Shown piece by piece: positions 10,422-20,775 of a stretch of DNA of 43,708 nucleotides. The stretch's first letter is position 1, and each line of letters starts with the position of its first letter. Position numbers and translations under genes: made by a program. This stretch comes from an uncultured Alphaproteobacteria bacterium (GTDB lineage: Bacteria; Pseudomonadota; Alphaproteobacteria; RF32; CAG-239), in NCBI GenBank assembly GCA_910585375.1, contig CAJUCZ010000009.1, forward strand, positions 22,474 to 66,181, read 5' to 3'. A model generated the notes under the pieces. It was not told the DNA's origin and did no database searches. It saw only the letters and a list, made by a program, of their open reading frames with translations.

Positions 10422-11606
10422 ATGAGAATACTGATATATCGAAAAAGTGCCCTCATCGGCACACACGGCGGCATCGAAAAAATCGTCAGCAACTTTGCCA
10501 ATGCCTTTGCCGCCCGCGGGCATGAGGTCGTTATTATGACGCGGGACAAAAGGAAAGGCGCTCTTTTCTTCCCTATCAGTCCCCAAATCCGCCTGCTCAA
10601 TCTGCACGATGAGGTCCAAAAGAACTGGGGAATATTCCGCCAAATCGGTTACAAAATTCTTCGCCGCCGCAAAAACGCCGTTTCCCTGCTGCAAAAGTTC
10701 CCGTCTTTTGATCGGGAAAAAGCTGCTGCCGATATTGTTTCCGCCGAAGTCAGCAAAATCAATCCGGACATCATTCTTTCCTGCGGCATTGCCGACAGCG
10801 TGGACCTGCTGCACGGACAACAAAACAAAATTCCGCTCATTCAAATGTTTCACAGCCTGCCGTCAGTATATTTTCATGCCAAAAACAAAGTAACCTGCAG
10901 CAATATGTCTCAGGCATTGGAAAAAATCTCTTTGGCTCAGGTTTTGCTCCCGTCTTTTGTAAAAAATCTGCAAAAATACTATAATGGAAAAATCACCGTC
11001 ATCGGCAATCCGGTAGACCAAACCGGCAAAAATATTTCTTATGCCGCCAAAGACAAATATAAAATCATTTACATGGCCCGCCTTGATCAACACAAACAGC
11101 AAGACTTGCTGATAAGAGCCTTTGCCCTGCTCGCGCCGCAATACCCGCAATGGGAAGTCAATCTGTGGGGAAGTGCGGAAAAATCCAAACTGCAGGAACT
11201 TCAAAAACTGATTTCAGTGCTTAAATTAGAAAAACAAGTCTTCCTGCGCGGCATAACGGCTGAAGCACAAAAAGAACTCCTCAAATCGGACATTTGCGCT
11301 TTTCCGTCCGCTTTTGAAGGCTTTAGCTTGGCTTTATCCGAAGCCATGGCTGTCGGCCTCCCCTGTGTAGGACTAAAAACAGCCAGTTGCGTCAATGAAC
11401 TGATTGTCGACAATATCAACGGCTGTCTTGCCGACGGCACACCGGAAGACTTTGCCGCCAAACTGAGAATATTGATGGATTCTTCCGAAACCCGTCAGCG
11501 TTTCGGCCTTGCCGGCAAAGAAATGATGAAGCTGTATAATCCGGAAATCATCTGGAATAAATGGGAAGAATTAATAAAAGAAACAATAGAGAAACATCAT
11601 GCCTGA
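10422..11606 (+). CDS. Glycosyltransferase, family 4 (GT-B fold)
   Basis: A C-terminal EGF.L...EAMA.G.P... motif. 394 aa. Confidence 0.6.
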   Translation: MRILIYRKSALIGTHGGIEKIVSNFANAFAARGHEVVIMTRDKRKGALFFPISPQIRLLNLHDEVQKNWGIFRQIGYKILRRRKNAVSLLQKFPSFDREKAAADIVSAEVSKINPDIILSCGIADSVDLLHGQQNKIPLIQMFHSLPSVYFHAKNKVTCSNMSQALEKISLAQVLLPSFVKNLQKYYNGKITVIGNPVDQTGKNISYAAKDKYKIIYMARLDQHKQQDLLIRAFALLAPQYPQWEVNLWGSAEKSKLQELQKLISVLKLEKQVFLRGITAEAQKELLKSDICAFPSAFEGFSLALSEAMAVGLPCVGLKTASCVNELIVDNINGCLADGTPEDFAAKLRILMDSSETRQRFGLAGKEMMKLYNPEIIWNKWEELIKETIEKHHA

Positions 11607-12567
11607 AATTTCCGTCATCATGCCGGTCTACAATACCCAAACCCGACACCTGCAACCGGCTGTTGCAAGCATCTTAAAACAGACCTTTGCCGATTTCGAG
11701 CTTTTAATTATCGATGACTGCTCAACCACGGATATATCAGGCATCATAAAAGATTTTGCGGATCCGCGCATCCGTTTTGTAAAAACAGAAAAAAACGGAG
11801 GTGCCGGACAGGCACGCAACCTCGGATTATCTTTGGCCCAAGGCAAATACATTGCTTTGATGGATTCTGACGACATTGCCCGTCCGCATCGCCTGCAAAC
11901 CGAATACGATTATCTTGAACGACACCCGCAAATTGACGTCCTCGGCGCTTATATGCAACGCTTTCCGCAAAAGAAAACACTGAAAGTCCCATTGAAACAT
12001 GCAGATATTATTCACGAGAACATCTTTCTCAATTGTGCCTTGAACAACCCGTCTGTCATGTTCCGCCGCAATGGCGCAATCCGCTATGAACCGGATCGGC
12101 GTGTTGCCGAAGACTACGGCGTCTGGCTGGCTCAGGCTGATAAGCTGCACTTTGCCAACCTGCCGAAAATCCTGATTGACTACCGCTGGGAAGGTCAAAA
12201 CATTACCGTTACGCACAACGGCAGACAAAGTCAGTCCACGGCCGAATTACAAACCGCCAAATGGATTGAAATTGCCCAATCCGGTACCATGCTTCAACCG
12301 TTGCTGATAAAATTTGTCTGCAAACAAACACTCTCGGAAGAAGAAATTGCGGAACTCGCGGACTTTATGGCCACCTTATTGCGCCAAACGCAAAAATCTT
12401 CTTTTCTCTGCCGCCCCCAAGCCGTAAAATATCTGCAAAAATTGCTCAAACGCATCATCCGCAAAACACCGGACAAAGACTACGCCCGCCGCTTATGTGT
12501 TTCTCCCCTTGCCCGAATGCTGAAGCTGCCGCTCTTGTTCAAACTCAAAATAAAGTTGACCAAATAA
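11599..12567 (+). CDS. Glycosyltransferase, family 2
   Basis: N-terminal ISVIMPVYN...LLIIDDCSTTD (GT2 DXD region). Overlaps the upstream GT4 gene by 8 nt. Confidence 0.65.
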   Translation: MPEISVIMPVYNTQTRHLQPAVASILKQTFADFELLIIDDCSTTDISGIIKDFADPRIRFVKTEKNGGAGQARNLGLSLAQGKYIALMDSDDIARPHRLQTEYDYLERHPQIDVLGAYMQRFPQKKTLKVPLKHADIIHENIFLNCALNNPSVMFRRNGAIRYEPDRRVAEDYGVWLAQADKLHFANLPKILIDYRWEGQNITVTHNGRQSQSTAELQTAKWIEIAQSGTMLQPLLIKFVCKQTLSEEEIAELADFMATLLRQTQKSSFLCRPQAVKYLQKLLKRIIRKTPDKDYARRLCVSPLARMLKLPLLFKLKIKLTK

Positions 12568-12590
12568 TATTTTTTATGAAAGCATTAAAA

Positions 12591-12616
12591 CGGCGGCAAT
12601 TTTTTCTTTGCCGCCG
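12591..12616. terminator. Bidirectional terminator between convergent glycosyltransferase genes
   Basis: Stem cggcggcaa / ttgccgccg with T- and A-runs on each side. Confidence 0.55.
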
Positions 12617-12634
12617 TAATTTTTATCCCTTTTA

Positions 12635-13552
12635 TTAACCCTTCATCCGCATTTTAAGTCTGGTCAGATACTTGAAAATGCTGAAATCAGATTTATTGCA
12701 AATGTCCTCACACCAGAAAAACATCTCCCACGGACGCTTGTTTTCCGAAGTCTGATAATAAGCATCGCCGACCACCATCTTCTTTTTGGCCCAATATTCG
12801 GCACTCTTGCTGTAATAATGATTAATCTGCACATTTGCCTTTTTCCGGCTGCTCCCCGGCATAAAAAACAAAAAGGCATTATCCGGCGCCAGTTTGCCCC
12901 AAATATTAAACCGGCAATAGTGAGACAGATGAAAATCCTTAATCCGCTTCGACCAATGCGTATTCAAAAACATTTTGGAACTGGAGATAATGTCGGAACA
13001 AACAGTAAACTGCTCAATCAACGTCTTTGAGCGGTCTTCTTCCATTATGCCGGCAGAACCGAACATCCGCCAAAAAGCCGAAACCAGCGGGTACCGCTCA
13101 TAATTTTTGAGCCAGTCCTTAATGCTGTTCCACTGTACCGGACAAACATATTCGTCCAAATCAATAAAGCCGATCCAGTTGCTCTCATCGCTGTATTTTG
13201 CCACACAATCGTTATAAGCCGAACGCTGCCCGTGCTCTACCGGCCAATCCGTCAGCGTCACAATGCCTTCCTTGACATACGGCGCCAAAACCTTTTTATA
13301 ATTGTCATCGGAAAAATTATTATACAGATAAAAATGCTCTATACCTGCCGTCAGATGATACTCAATCCATTCCCGCAAATATTTTCCTTCATTTTTAAAA
13401 ATGGCACAGACGGAAACATAATATTTCTTGTCAAATTTCTGTTTCCGGTAAAACAACCGGATAAGAAAAAGGTAAAATGCATTCCGCACAACTTTCAAAT
13501 ACCCGCTCAATTTTTTCATGATTTTTTCCTTATATATGACAATGCCTGACAA
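12635..13552 (-). CDS. Putative glycosyltransferase family 92 (DUF23-like) protein
   Basis: The pattern CAIFKNEGKYLREWIEYH...GIEHFYLYNN.SDD resembles the GT92/DUF23 family. Confidence 0.4.
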   Translation of the reverse strand: MSGIVIYKEKIMKKLSGYLKVVRNAFYLFLIRLFYRKQKFDKKYYVSVCAIFKNEGKYLREWIEYHLTAGIEHFYLYNNFSDDNYKKVLAPYVKEGIVTLTDWPVEHGQRSAYNDCVAKYSDESNWIGFIDLDEYVCPVQWNSIKDWLKNYERYPLVSAFWRMFGSAGIMEEDRSKTLIEQFTVCSDIISSSKMFLNTHWSKRIKDFHLSHYCRFNIWGKLAPDNAFLFFMPGSSRKKANVQINHYYSKSAEYWAKKKMVVGDAYYQTSENKRPWEMFFWCEDICNKSDFSIFKYLTRLKMRMKG

Positions 13553-13598
13553 GGTGTAATCTGATTACGGCCATTGTCAGGCTAAAAGTTACAATATG

Positions 13599-14717
13599 TT
13601 ATTTTTGTTTGACTGTCTTTTTAATCAGCTCATCCCACTGCCCGGCCACAATCTCCGGCGCATAAGCCTTCATGTCTTCAACGGCATTTTTGCCAAACCT
13701 GACACGCAGGTCCTTGTCCGTCATCAGCAGCCTGAGTTTTTCGGCAAAGTCATCAACGTCCTTTGCCAGATACCCGTTATGCCCGTCCACAATCAACTCA
13801 TTAACCGACGGCGTTTCCTTAAATCCGATGCTGGGCAAACCGATAGCCATACCATCTGCCAACGCCAGCGAAAACCCTTCGTGCAGACTGGCAAAAGCAT
13901 GAATATCGGCAGTACGGTAAACATCCTGAATATTATCACTGAAACCCATAATACGAATATTTTTCTCAATCCCGTATTTCCGAGCCATAGCCATAAGTTC
14001 TTCATTATAATTCTGATACTTCTGCAACCCCCAGAACTCTACGACCCAGTCCGGAAAATCTTTTGCAATCTTGGCAAAAGCCTCCACAATCAGGTGCTGG
14101 CGCTTGCCCTCTTTTTCCACCCGCGCCACATAGATAATGCGCTTTTTTTCATTTTCCAAATCAACCCGCGCGCTCTCGGGAATTTGTACAACTTCATTCG
14201 GTACTGTCGCTACGTTAACTTCGCCGAAATAAGGCGCAATCGTTTTCTCATAAGACTTCATCAGCACATGAAAAACACTGACTTGCGCGGCACACTTTTT
14301 ATAAATCTTCCATTTTGAACGTTTTTGAAAACGTCCGAGCATCGCCGGCGGATAACAATGCATCATCATCACAATCGGAATATTATGCTTTTGCAAAAAA
14401 GCCACATTATACAAATCAACCAGAAAATAACAAAAAATAATATCGGGCTTTTCTTGTTCAATAAATTTGTTAAAGCGAAAAACCGGAGTCCCCAGAATTT
14501 CTCGGGTTCGGTGCCATAAATTCACCAACGGATTTTTCGTTTTGCCGTTCAGATTGGTAAACTTAACCCCGTCCGGCAGAGTAACGCCGCTGCCCTGCTT
14601 GCGATAAGTGTCACAGACGACATGAACATCATGACCTTTCAAAACAAGCGAACTGACAAATTGCCCCAAAAATTTTGTATTCAAAACATTTCGGTCTTTT
14701 ACCACCATAATCTTCAT
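13599..14717 (-). CDS. Glycosyltransferase, family 4
   Basis: C-terminal HEGFSLALADGMAIGLPSIGF (GT4 EX7E-like region). Confidence 0.6.
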   Translation of the reverse strand: MKIMVVKDRNVLNTKFLGQFVSSLVLKGHDVHVVCDTYRKQGSGVTLPDGVKFTNLNGKTKNPLVNLWHRTREILGTPVFRFNKFIEQEKPDIIFCYFLVDLYNVAFLQKHNIPIVMMMHCYPPAMLGRFQKRSKWKIYKKCAAQVSVFHVLMKSYEKTIAPYFGEVNVATVPNEVVQIPESARVDLENEKKRIIYVARVEKEGKRQHLIVEAFAKIAKDFPDWVVEFWGLQKYQNYNEELMAMARKYGIEKNIRIMGFSDNIQDVYRTADIHAFASLHEGFSLALADGMAIGLPSIGFKETPSVNELIVDGHNGYLAKDVDDFAEKLRLLMTDKDLRVRFGKNAVEDMKAYAPEIVAGQWDELIKKTVKQK

Positions 14718-15382
14718 TTTCTCATTCCTCTTATTTTGGAAACAATCTTTTCAAAAAAAGCCATAAATCTGGGCGACGGCACCGACGTCCAAAAACAAAC
14801 ACTCAGTTTCTCAATACCCAGTTCCTCGCAAATATTCAGACGGTGATGCCCCTGAAAAAGCTGGTCCCGTGCTCCAAGATTGCGGTTAATCATCACAAAA
14901 ATCGGCGACTTGTCATCATAACCGTTCTGCTTCAAAGACTGATAAAGCGTGTCATAACGCTTATGCCGCTCCTCCAAGCTCATAGCCCAGCGCTTGTTGG
15001 TCCAGTTATAGGCATTTCCTTCATCCCGCACACCGCGCTTGAGCTTCATTGCCAAAATATCTTTCAGCCGCATATGAAAACGCACAATCCCCTCCCGATA
15101 AAAACGGCGTTTCAGCGGCTTGAGCAAATTTATAAAAAATCCCAACAGCGGACGATAAGTATAATAAACAAAACGCACCGGATAATATTCCTCGCCGGCT
15201 GCCTGTGCCTTCTCCAAGGCTTCGGCACCGGAAAACAGCGTTTCTTTTTGTTTTTCCTTAAGGCTTCCCGCCATAACCAGCGGTTCGCCGCCGGCCGCAT
15301 ATCCCGCATTTTTTTCAAGCAAAAGCAATTCTGCAATCGGCAGCAAATAAGTCTCGGAAGAACAAGCCAGATATTTTTTCAT
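14714..15382 (-). CDS. Hypothetical protein within the glycosyltransferase cluster
   Basis: 222 aa. Overlaps the downstream GT4 gene by 4 nt. Contains a ...LFQGHHRLNICEELGI... segment. I recognise no family with confidence. Confidence 0.35.
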   Translation of the reverse strand: MKKYLACSSETYLLPIAELLLLEKNAGYAAGGEPLVMAGSLKEKQKETLFSGAEALEKAQAAGEEYYPVRFVYYTYRPLLGFFINLLKPLKRRFYREGIVRFHMRLKDILAMKLKRGVRDEGNAYNWTNKRWAMSLEERHKRYDTLYQSLKQNGYDDKSPIFVMINRNLGARDQLFQGHHRLNICEELGIEKLSVCFWTSVPSPRFMAFFEKIVSKIRGMRK

Positions 15383-15388
15383 GTAGTC

Positions 15389-16324
15389 TCAGGCCTTTTT
15401 CGGACGCAGCACGCCGGTCTTAATACTCTTGAAAACCTGCGCCATTTTACCCAGCTTTTTCATATCCGGCTGCGGTTTGAAAAGCTTGGTGTAAAGATAA
15501 AGCGGAAAGGTCATCGTCAACATCGGACACTTGCTGATTTTGCGAATATATTTCCAATAAGCAGAAACCGCACGCACATTAAGCTTTGCCAGAATATCCT
15601 TATCAAGATGCGGACGAGCATTGATAAAATCGTAATAAGCCAGAAAGCGGTCATGGTCGAGCTGGATTTTATTGCCGGAAAGATTACCGTCTTCTTTCGG
15701 CACCAACACCACATCGGCAAACATCTTGACAATTCCGTTGGCATAAAAAGCCGCACGCAAAGGAATGGTCTCGTCCTGAATAAACACGTCTTCATCGGCA
15801 CCGCCGGCCTTTTGCAGCACATCACGCTTAATCAACTGCCCCATCCGCGTAAAACGCCCGTCCAAAACCGCACGCAACGCGTCTTTGCGATAATAATATT
15901 TGAAACCGCTTTTCATAAATTCGTTCGTCAGTTCTTCGGCAGGCTTTCCGGTTTTGGTAAAAGTTCCGTAAACCATATCGGCGTCATATTCTTCTGCCAG
16001 CGCAATCATTCTCTCGGTTGAATCAATCGGAAAAATATCGTCGGAATCCAGCATTCTCACATATTTTCCGTGCGCCAGAGCAATCCCCTGATTAATCCGG
16101 ATAGAAATCCCCTGATTTTTAGGATTCCGCACAATCTGCACATTCGGCATCCCCTTCGTCATTTCTTCAATAATTTCAACCGAACGGTCTTTAGACACAT
16201 CATCCACAAAAATAAATTCGGGATTTTTCAAACCGCTTTGGTTTAACAACGCTTTCAAAACTGACGGCAAAAATTTTTCTTTATTATAAACCGTCATCAC
16301 AAAAGAGACGTCAATATCCGGCAT
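15389..16324 (-). CDS. Glycosyltransferase, family 2
   Basis: N-terminal VSFVMTVYNKEKFL...FIFVDDVSKD (GT2 DXD). Confidence 0.65.
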   Translation of the reverse strand: MPDIDVSFVMTVYNKEKFLPSVLKALLNQSGLKNPEFIFVDDVSKDRSVEIIEEMTKGMPNVQIVRNPKNQGISIRINQGIALAHGKYVRMLDSDDIFPIDSTERMIALAEEYDADMVYGTFTKTGKPAEELTNEFMKSGFKYYYRKDALRAVLDGRFTRMGQLIKRDVLQKAGGADEDVFIQDETIPLRAAFYANGIVKMFADVVLVPKEDGNLSGNKIQLDHDRFLAYYDFINARPHLDKDILAKLNVRAVSAYWKYIRKISKCPMLTMTFPLYLYTKLFKPQPDMKKLGKMAQVFKSIKTGVLRPKKA

Positions 16325-16436
16325 TACAGTCCTCGTAAAAGTTAAAGTTTTGCCTTATCTTATGCCAAAAACCCCGCCTTGGCAAGCCAGAAAACAAAGT
16401 TATCAAAAAGGGCTGACACCTCAGCCCTTTCTTTTT

Positions 16437-17561
16437 TTATTTAACCTCAATCAGTTCATAAGCCCTGCTGCCGAGACCGATTTTTTCGGCATGGCTCAGA
16501 CAGGCCTCCCAGTTAGTATCCGGATGCAACAGATGAAATTTGTCTTTGCCGCAGCAATGGTCATGACATTTCTCACTCAGTTCATTATCCGTCATCAATG
16601 CCGGCGCGTTAATGACCATATCGGCACAAGCCTGATCCAGCGCCACCGGATCAAACGAAGCGGCAATTCCCAAATCCGGCACAAAAGCGGCATCGTTTCT
16701 GTCCCAGCAATCACATTCCGGCGATACATTCATAATAAAGCTGATATGAAAATTCGGCTTGTCTTTCAAAACCGCCTTTGTATATTCGGCAATTTTATAA
16801 TTCAGCTCCTCGGAAGAATTGTAACCGGAAACAACAGCACCGTCAAACTGGCATAATGCCACACATTGCCCGCAGCCCACGCAATTGTCATAATTGATTT
16901 CGGCCTTGTGCGTCTGCTTGTTGACATGAACGGCGTCATGCGCGCAATGTCTCTCGCAAACCCCGCAACCGACACAATTATCAACGTCAATTTTCGGCTG
17001 AGCCGAACAGTGCATTTCCAGCTTGCCGGGGACGGCGCCGCCTCCCATACCGAGATTTTTCAAAGTTCCGCCGAAACCGGCCATTTCATGCCCCTTAAAA
17101 TGCGTCAGTGAGATGATAATATCGGCATCAGCCAGTGCCGTACCGATTTTCGGCGCTTTGCAATATTCGCCGTCAATCTCCACCTCGCGATAGTCCGTTC
17201 CTTTCAAACCGTCTGCAATAATCACTTGTGCCTGAGCAGAAAGCGGATTAAAACCGTTCTCCATTGCGCTCTGCAAATGGTCAACGGCATTAGCCCTGCG
17301 GCCGGAATACAAAGTATTGCAATCGGTCAAAAACGGCTTGGCGCCCAAACCGCGCAGAATATTCACAATTTTTGCGGCATAATTCGGCCGCAAATAGGCC
17401 AGATTCCCCGGTTCACCAAAATGAATTTTTAACGCTGCGAACTGGTCTTTGAAATCAATTTTCTCAATGCCGGCACGCTTAACCAGACGTTCCAACTTCC
17501 CGAGCAGACCGCCTTCGCCGCGCGCTCTCAGATTCGTAAAATAAACTTGTGATTTTTCCAT
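16437..17561 (-). CDS. DUF362-domain protein with a C-terminal 2x[4Fe-4S] ferredoxin domain
   Basis: Two CxxCxxCxxxC motifs (CVGCGVCERHC and CVGCGQCVALC) follow an N-terminal DUF362-like region. Confidence 0.5.
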   Translation of the reverse strand: MEKSQVYFTNLRARGEGGLLGKLERLVKRAGIEKIDFKDQFAALKIHFGEPGNLAYLRPNYAAKIVNILRGLGAKPFLTDCNTLYSGRRANAVDHLQSAMENGFNPLSAQAQVIIADGLKGTDYREVEIDGEYCKAPKIGTALADADIIISLTHFKGHEMAGFGGTLKNLGMGGGAVPGKLEMHCSAQPKIDVDNCVGCGVCERHCAHDAVHVNKQTHKAEINYDNCVGCGQCVALCQFDGAVVSGYNSSEELNYKIAEYTKAVLKDKPNFHISFIMNVSPECDCWDRNDAAFVPDLGIAASFDPVALDQACADMVINAPALMTDNELSEKCHDHCCGKDKFHLLHPDTNWEACLSHAEKIGLGSRAYELIEVK

Positions 17562-17691
17562 AATGCTAACCTCCGTTCTGCTCCGAAGTCTAACCGAATA
17601 ATTTATTTTTGCAAAGCTTATTTACAAAAAAACTTTCTGTTATAAAATAACAAAAATTTATTCCGTTTGATAATAAATACCGGAGAAAAAA

Positions 17692-18162
17692 ATGGATTTC
17701 AAAACCAATGCCATGCGCATCCTTGACAAACAAAAAATTCCTTACAAACACTACTGCTATGCCGACAAACCGACAACCTGCGGAACCGAAGTCGCCGCCG
17801 TTCTGGGACAAAATCCGGCACAGGTTTTCAAAACGCTGGTAACGGTAAGCAAATCCAGACAGCATTATGTATTTATGCTTCCGGTAGACAAAGAACTTGA
17901 CCTGAAAAAAGCAGCCGCCAGTGTTGGCGAAAAAGCCGTAGACATGCTCAAGTCCAAAGAACTGCTGCCGCTGACCGGCTATATCCACGGCGGCTGCTCG
18001 CCGATTGGCATGAAAAAATTTTTCACCACCACGATTGACAGCTCCGCCCGAAATTTTGAGACCATAATCTACAGCGCCGGCAAAATCGGTTATCAGATAG
18101 AAACATCCCTTGCCAACCTGCAAAAGGTGATTCGTTTTCAGTTGGCGGAAATCACGGAATAA
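17692..18162 (+). CDS. ybaK: Cys-tRNA(Pro)/Cys-tRNA(Cys) deacylase, YbaK/EbsC family
   Basis: 156 aa. Overall similarity to YbaK (…TCGTEVAAVLG…VFKTLV…GGCSPIG…). Confidence 0.55.
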   Translation: MDFKTNAMRILDKQKIPYKHYCYADKPTTCGTEVAAVLGQNPAQVFKTLVTVSKSRQHYVFMLPVDKELDLKKAAASVGEKAVDMLKSKELLPLTGYIHGGCSPIGMKKFFTTTIDSSARNFETIIYSAGKIGYQIETSLANLQKVIRFQLAEITE

Positions 18163-18338
18163 AAAAAGCAGCCCTTTGAAAATCTCGTTGCCGTACTAGT
18201 CCGTCTTCAACTACGAAAGGATAAAAAAATTCTGGAACTACAATTTAAACAAGGTACAACAACAGCGGATATTCTAAATAAACAGGCTGCTCTGAACTGA
18301 CTATATGAAACCAATCTGAAAATAATCTGAAATTTTAT

Positions 18339-18368
18339 AAAAAATAAGGCAGCGTTGCCGACGCTGCC
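18339..18368 (-). terminator. Intrinsic terminator downstream of the eptA-like gene
   Basis: 8-bp stem ggcagcgt / acgctgcc with a 5-nt loop, followed on the minus strand by a U-run. Confidence 0.55.
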
Positions 18369-18381
18369 CCTCATAACGCTT

Positions 18382-20001
18382 TTATCTCCTGCAAGCCGCA
18401 AAAACATCATATGATTCAGAATACGCCTTTGTTTTTACATCCAAAAACCCAAGCAACGAATGAAACAGATTATCATGGGAGAAACTTCCGTCCTTTGCCT
18501 GACTGAGCAAACAAGCTTTGTCAATCTTTTTATTTCGCACCATTCCGTCGGACAACCACAAAAGCATTGGCACTTTTTTTTGCTCATCCGGTGCAATCTT
18601 ATAAGGGATACCATGTAGATAAATATTATTTTCACCCAGCGATTCCCCATGGTCGGAAACATACAGCATCGCCGTATCATAGGATGGAAATTCTTTCAGA
18701 ATATCAATTACCGAAGCCAAAACATAATCCGTATACAAAAGCGTATTGTCATACGTATTGACAATCTGCTCTCTGCTGCAATTCTGCAAATCGGCAGTAT
18801 CGCAGGCCGGCACAAACTTCTTGAAGGCATCGGGATAACGCTTAAAATAAGTCGGCCCGTGGCTGCCCATGGTATGCAAAACAATCATCGTCCGGTCCGC
18901 CGCATTCCGGATATGCTCCCTCAGCCCTTCCAGCAGAACTTCGTCCTGACAATAATCACCTTTACAAAACCCCGATTCCTTGTGTTGCAGCATATTTTCC
19001 GTTGCCACCCTCTCACACACGCCTTTGCAGCCGTCATCATTCTCCCGCCATAAGACCTGATATCCGGCTGCCTGCAACAAATCCGGCAGATTTTGCGTAT
19101 ATTTGGCATTGACCGCATCAAAATTCCTCCTGTTCATATGAGAAAACATACAAGGCAAAGATATTGCCGTTGCCGTTCCGCAGGACGAAACATCGCCCCA
19201 AACCACAATACCGCGTTTTTCAAGCTCGGAATTCGTTTTTCTCTCATATCCGTACAAAGAAAAATTTGCCGCCCGCGCCGTTTCTCCTACCACCAGAACC
19301 GTAACCTGCTTTTTTCCGCCTTTTGACGTCAGAACCGGTGCGGAATCAAGCGTCACAAACTTCCGGTTGGCATTGGCCTGCCGCTGATAATGCCGGCCGA
19401 CCGCATAAATATAGTTAAAAGTATTGACCAGCTTGCGCACCTGATTGTTGTTGCGCCCGAAAGAAACATATTCCTTATAAGAAGAAGCGGCAAATCCCAA
19501 CAACACCGACAATAAAACAAAACTGCGGAACAAACGCCTTTTCAGTTCCTGTCCAAAGGGACGGTACTCGATTTTACCCAAGGCCACAACCGCGGCCGGC
19601 AAAACGCCTGTCGCCAAAACCCAAAGCATGGCCGGCCGCGTCACCATATCCAGCGCTTCTCTGCTATTGGTCTCAATAATATTCCGGTACATATCGGAAT
19701 CAATAAAAATGCCGAGTTTGAACATAGCATAATTTGCCGCCGCCGAAACAATCAACAACAATACAGTCAGCGGTTTGGCCAGATACGGTACGATAATCAG
19801 ATTAAAAAAACAATACAGCGGAATAAACATAAAAAACGGCAAAGAGATCGCAAAAACAAACGTTGCAACATTGCCAACCTCAAGATGCTGCCATAAAAAA
19901 CGCCAGAAACTCAGGTTCAAAACCGTTGCAAAATAAACACTCAGCACAAAAACTAAGCGGCCGGAAGAAAAGACGATTTTTTTCATGGAAATAACTTTCA
20001 T
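18382..20001 (-). CDS. Phosphoethanolamine transferase (EptA-like; sulfatase/alkaline-phosphatase superfamily)
   Basis: An N-terminal five-transmembrane domain is followed by a periplasmic sulfatase-like domain (...HTMGSHGPTY...DHGESLGE...). The start was trimmed to MKVIS (20001) because the longest ORF overlaps the upstream gene. MKKIVF (19986) is an alternative start. Confidence 0.65.
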   Translation of the reverse strand: MKVISMKKIVFSSGRLVFVLSVYFATVLNLSFWRFLWQHLEVGNVATFVFAISLPFFMFIPLYCFFNLIIVPYLAKPLTVLLLIVSAAANYAMFKLGIFIDSDMYRNIIETNSREALDMVTRPAMLWVLATGVLPAAVVALGKIEYRPFGQELKRRLFRSFVLLSVLLGFAASSYKEYVSFGRNNNQVRKLVNTFNYIYAVGRHYQRQANANRKFVTLDSAPVLTSKGGKKQVTVLVVGETARAANFSLYGYERKTNSELEKRGIVVWGDVSSCGTATAISLPCMFSHMNRRNFDAVNAKYTQNLPDLLQAAGYQVLWRENDDGCKGVCERVATENMLQHKESGFCKGDYCQDEVLLEGLREHIRNAADRTMIVLHTMGSHGPTYFKRYPDAFKKFVPACDTADLQNCSREQIVNTYDNTLLYTDYVLASVIDILKEFPSYDTAMLYVSDHGESLGENNIYLHGIPYKIAPDEQKKVPMLLWLSDGMVRNKKIDKACLLSQAKDGSFSHDNLFHSLLGFLDVKTKAYSESYDVFAACRR

Positions 20002-20005
20002 AAAA

Positions 20006-20629
20006 TTATAAGAAAACCAGAATAATGCCAACGGAAAGCGGAATAAGCAGATTGTCGTCCAGCTTGAGCCGGTCTTCAAACAACTCACAGATTGTCGCCC
20101 CCGTACTGGCCAGCACACTGGCATAAGAAACCGGAAAAAGCGGATTCAAAACCAGCATTACATAAATGCTGCTCAGAAAAAAAGCTGCCGTTCCTTCCAG
20201 CGATTTCCGGTTGCGCAGACGGCGCGTTCCCCATATCTTTCCAAATACGGCAGCACAACTGTCAGACACAAGCATCACGGTCATTGCCACAACTGCCGCC
20301 TCTTTCGGAAAACATAACACACACAAAACGGCCGCTGCCAAAACATACAATGCACCGCTGGGACGAAAACGGTCTTTTTTAATCTCTTTTCCCCGCAACG
20401 TTCTGAGAAACAGCCGCTCAAAACTGTTTCTGGCCCATCTGATTTTTTTGTAACTGAAATATTCCACAGCCAGATCAATTGCCAAAAGCGCGGCAAAAAC
20501 AATCAGGGCCGTATTTTTATCAGCCAGAAAAATAAACATCGGCATCCATAAAGAGCTCAAATGAATGGCCTTTCGCGACAACTCGGTCTTAATGCTTTTG
20601 TTAATATCCGTAAAAATGTTTAAAGTCAT
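20006..20629 (-). CDS. Small polytopic membrane protein, diacylglycerol-kinase/dolichol-kinase-like (CTP-transferase-1-like)
   Basis: The start was set at MTLNIF... because a strong RBS (GAGGAGG) lies 7 nt upstream. The protein is hydrophobic. It sits directly upstream of eptA, as dgkA does in other bacteria. Confidence 0.4.
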   Translation of the reverse strand: MTLNIFTDINKSIKTELSRKAIHLSSLWMPMFIFLADKNTALIVFAALLAIDLAVEYFSYKKIRWARNSFERLFLRTLRGKEIKKDRFRPSGALYVLAAAVLCVLCFPKEAAVVAMTVMLVSDSCAAVFGKIWGTRRLRNRKSLEGTAAFFLSSIYVMLVLNPLFPVSYASVLASTGATICELFEDRLKLDDNLLIPLSVGIILVFL

Positions 20630-20775
20630 AAAATTCCTCCTCAGACAAACTTCGTTTCTCATAGCGGTATGCCCGTAATCTGAAATTCATCTAAAGCAAA
20701 TTGCAAAAAAAATAAAAAAATTTATTTGAAATTTCCGGCATTTATCGATACACTTTCATACAAGGAGACAACAAA

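Noticed and set aside
14843-16021. 392-aa plus-strand ORF
   Set aside because: It is antisense to the GT2 gene and the hypothetical gene. Its composition is typical of a reverse-frame artefact (rich in His, Arg and Gln).
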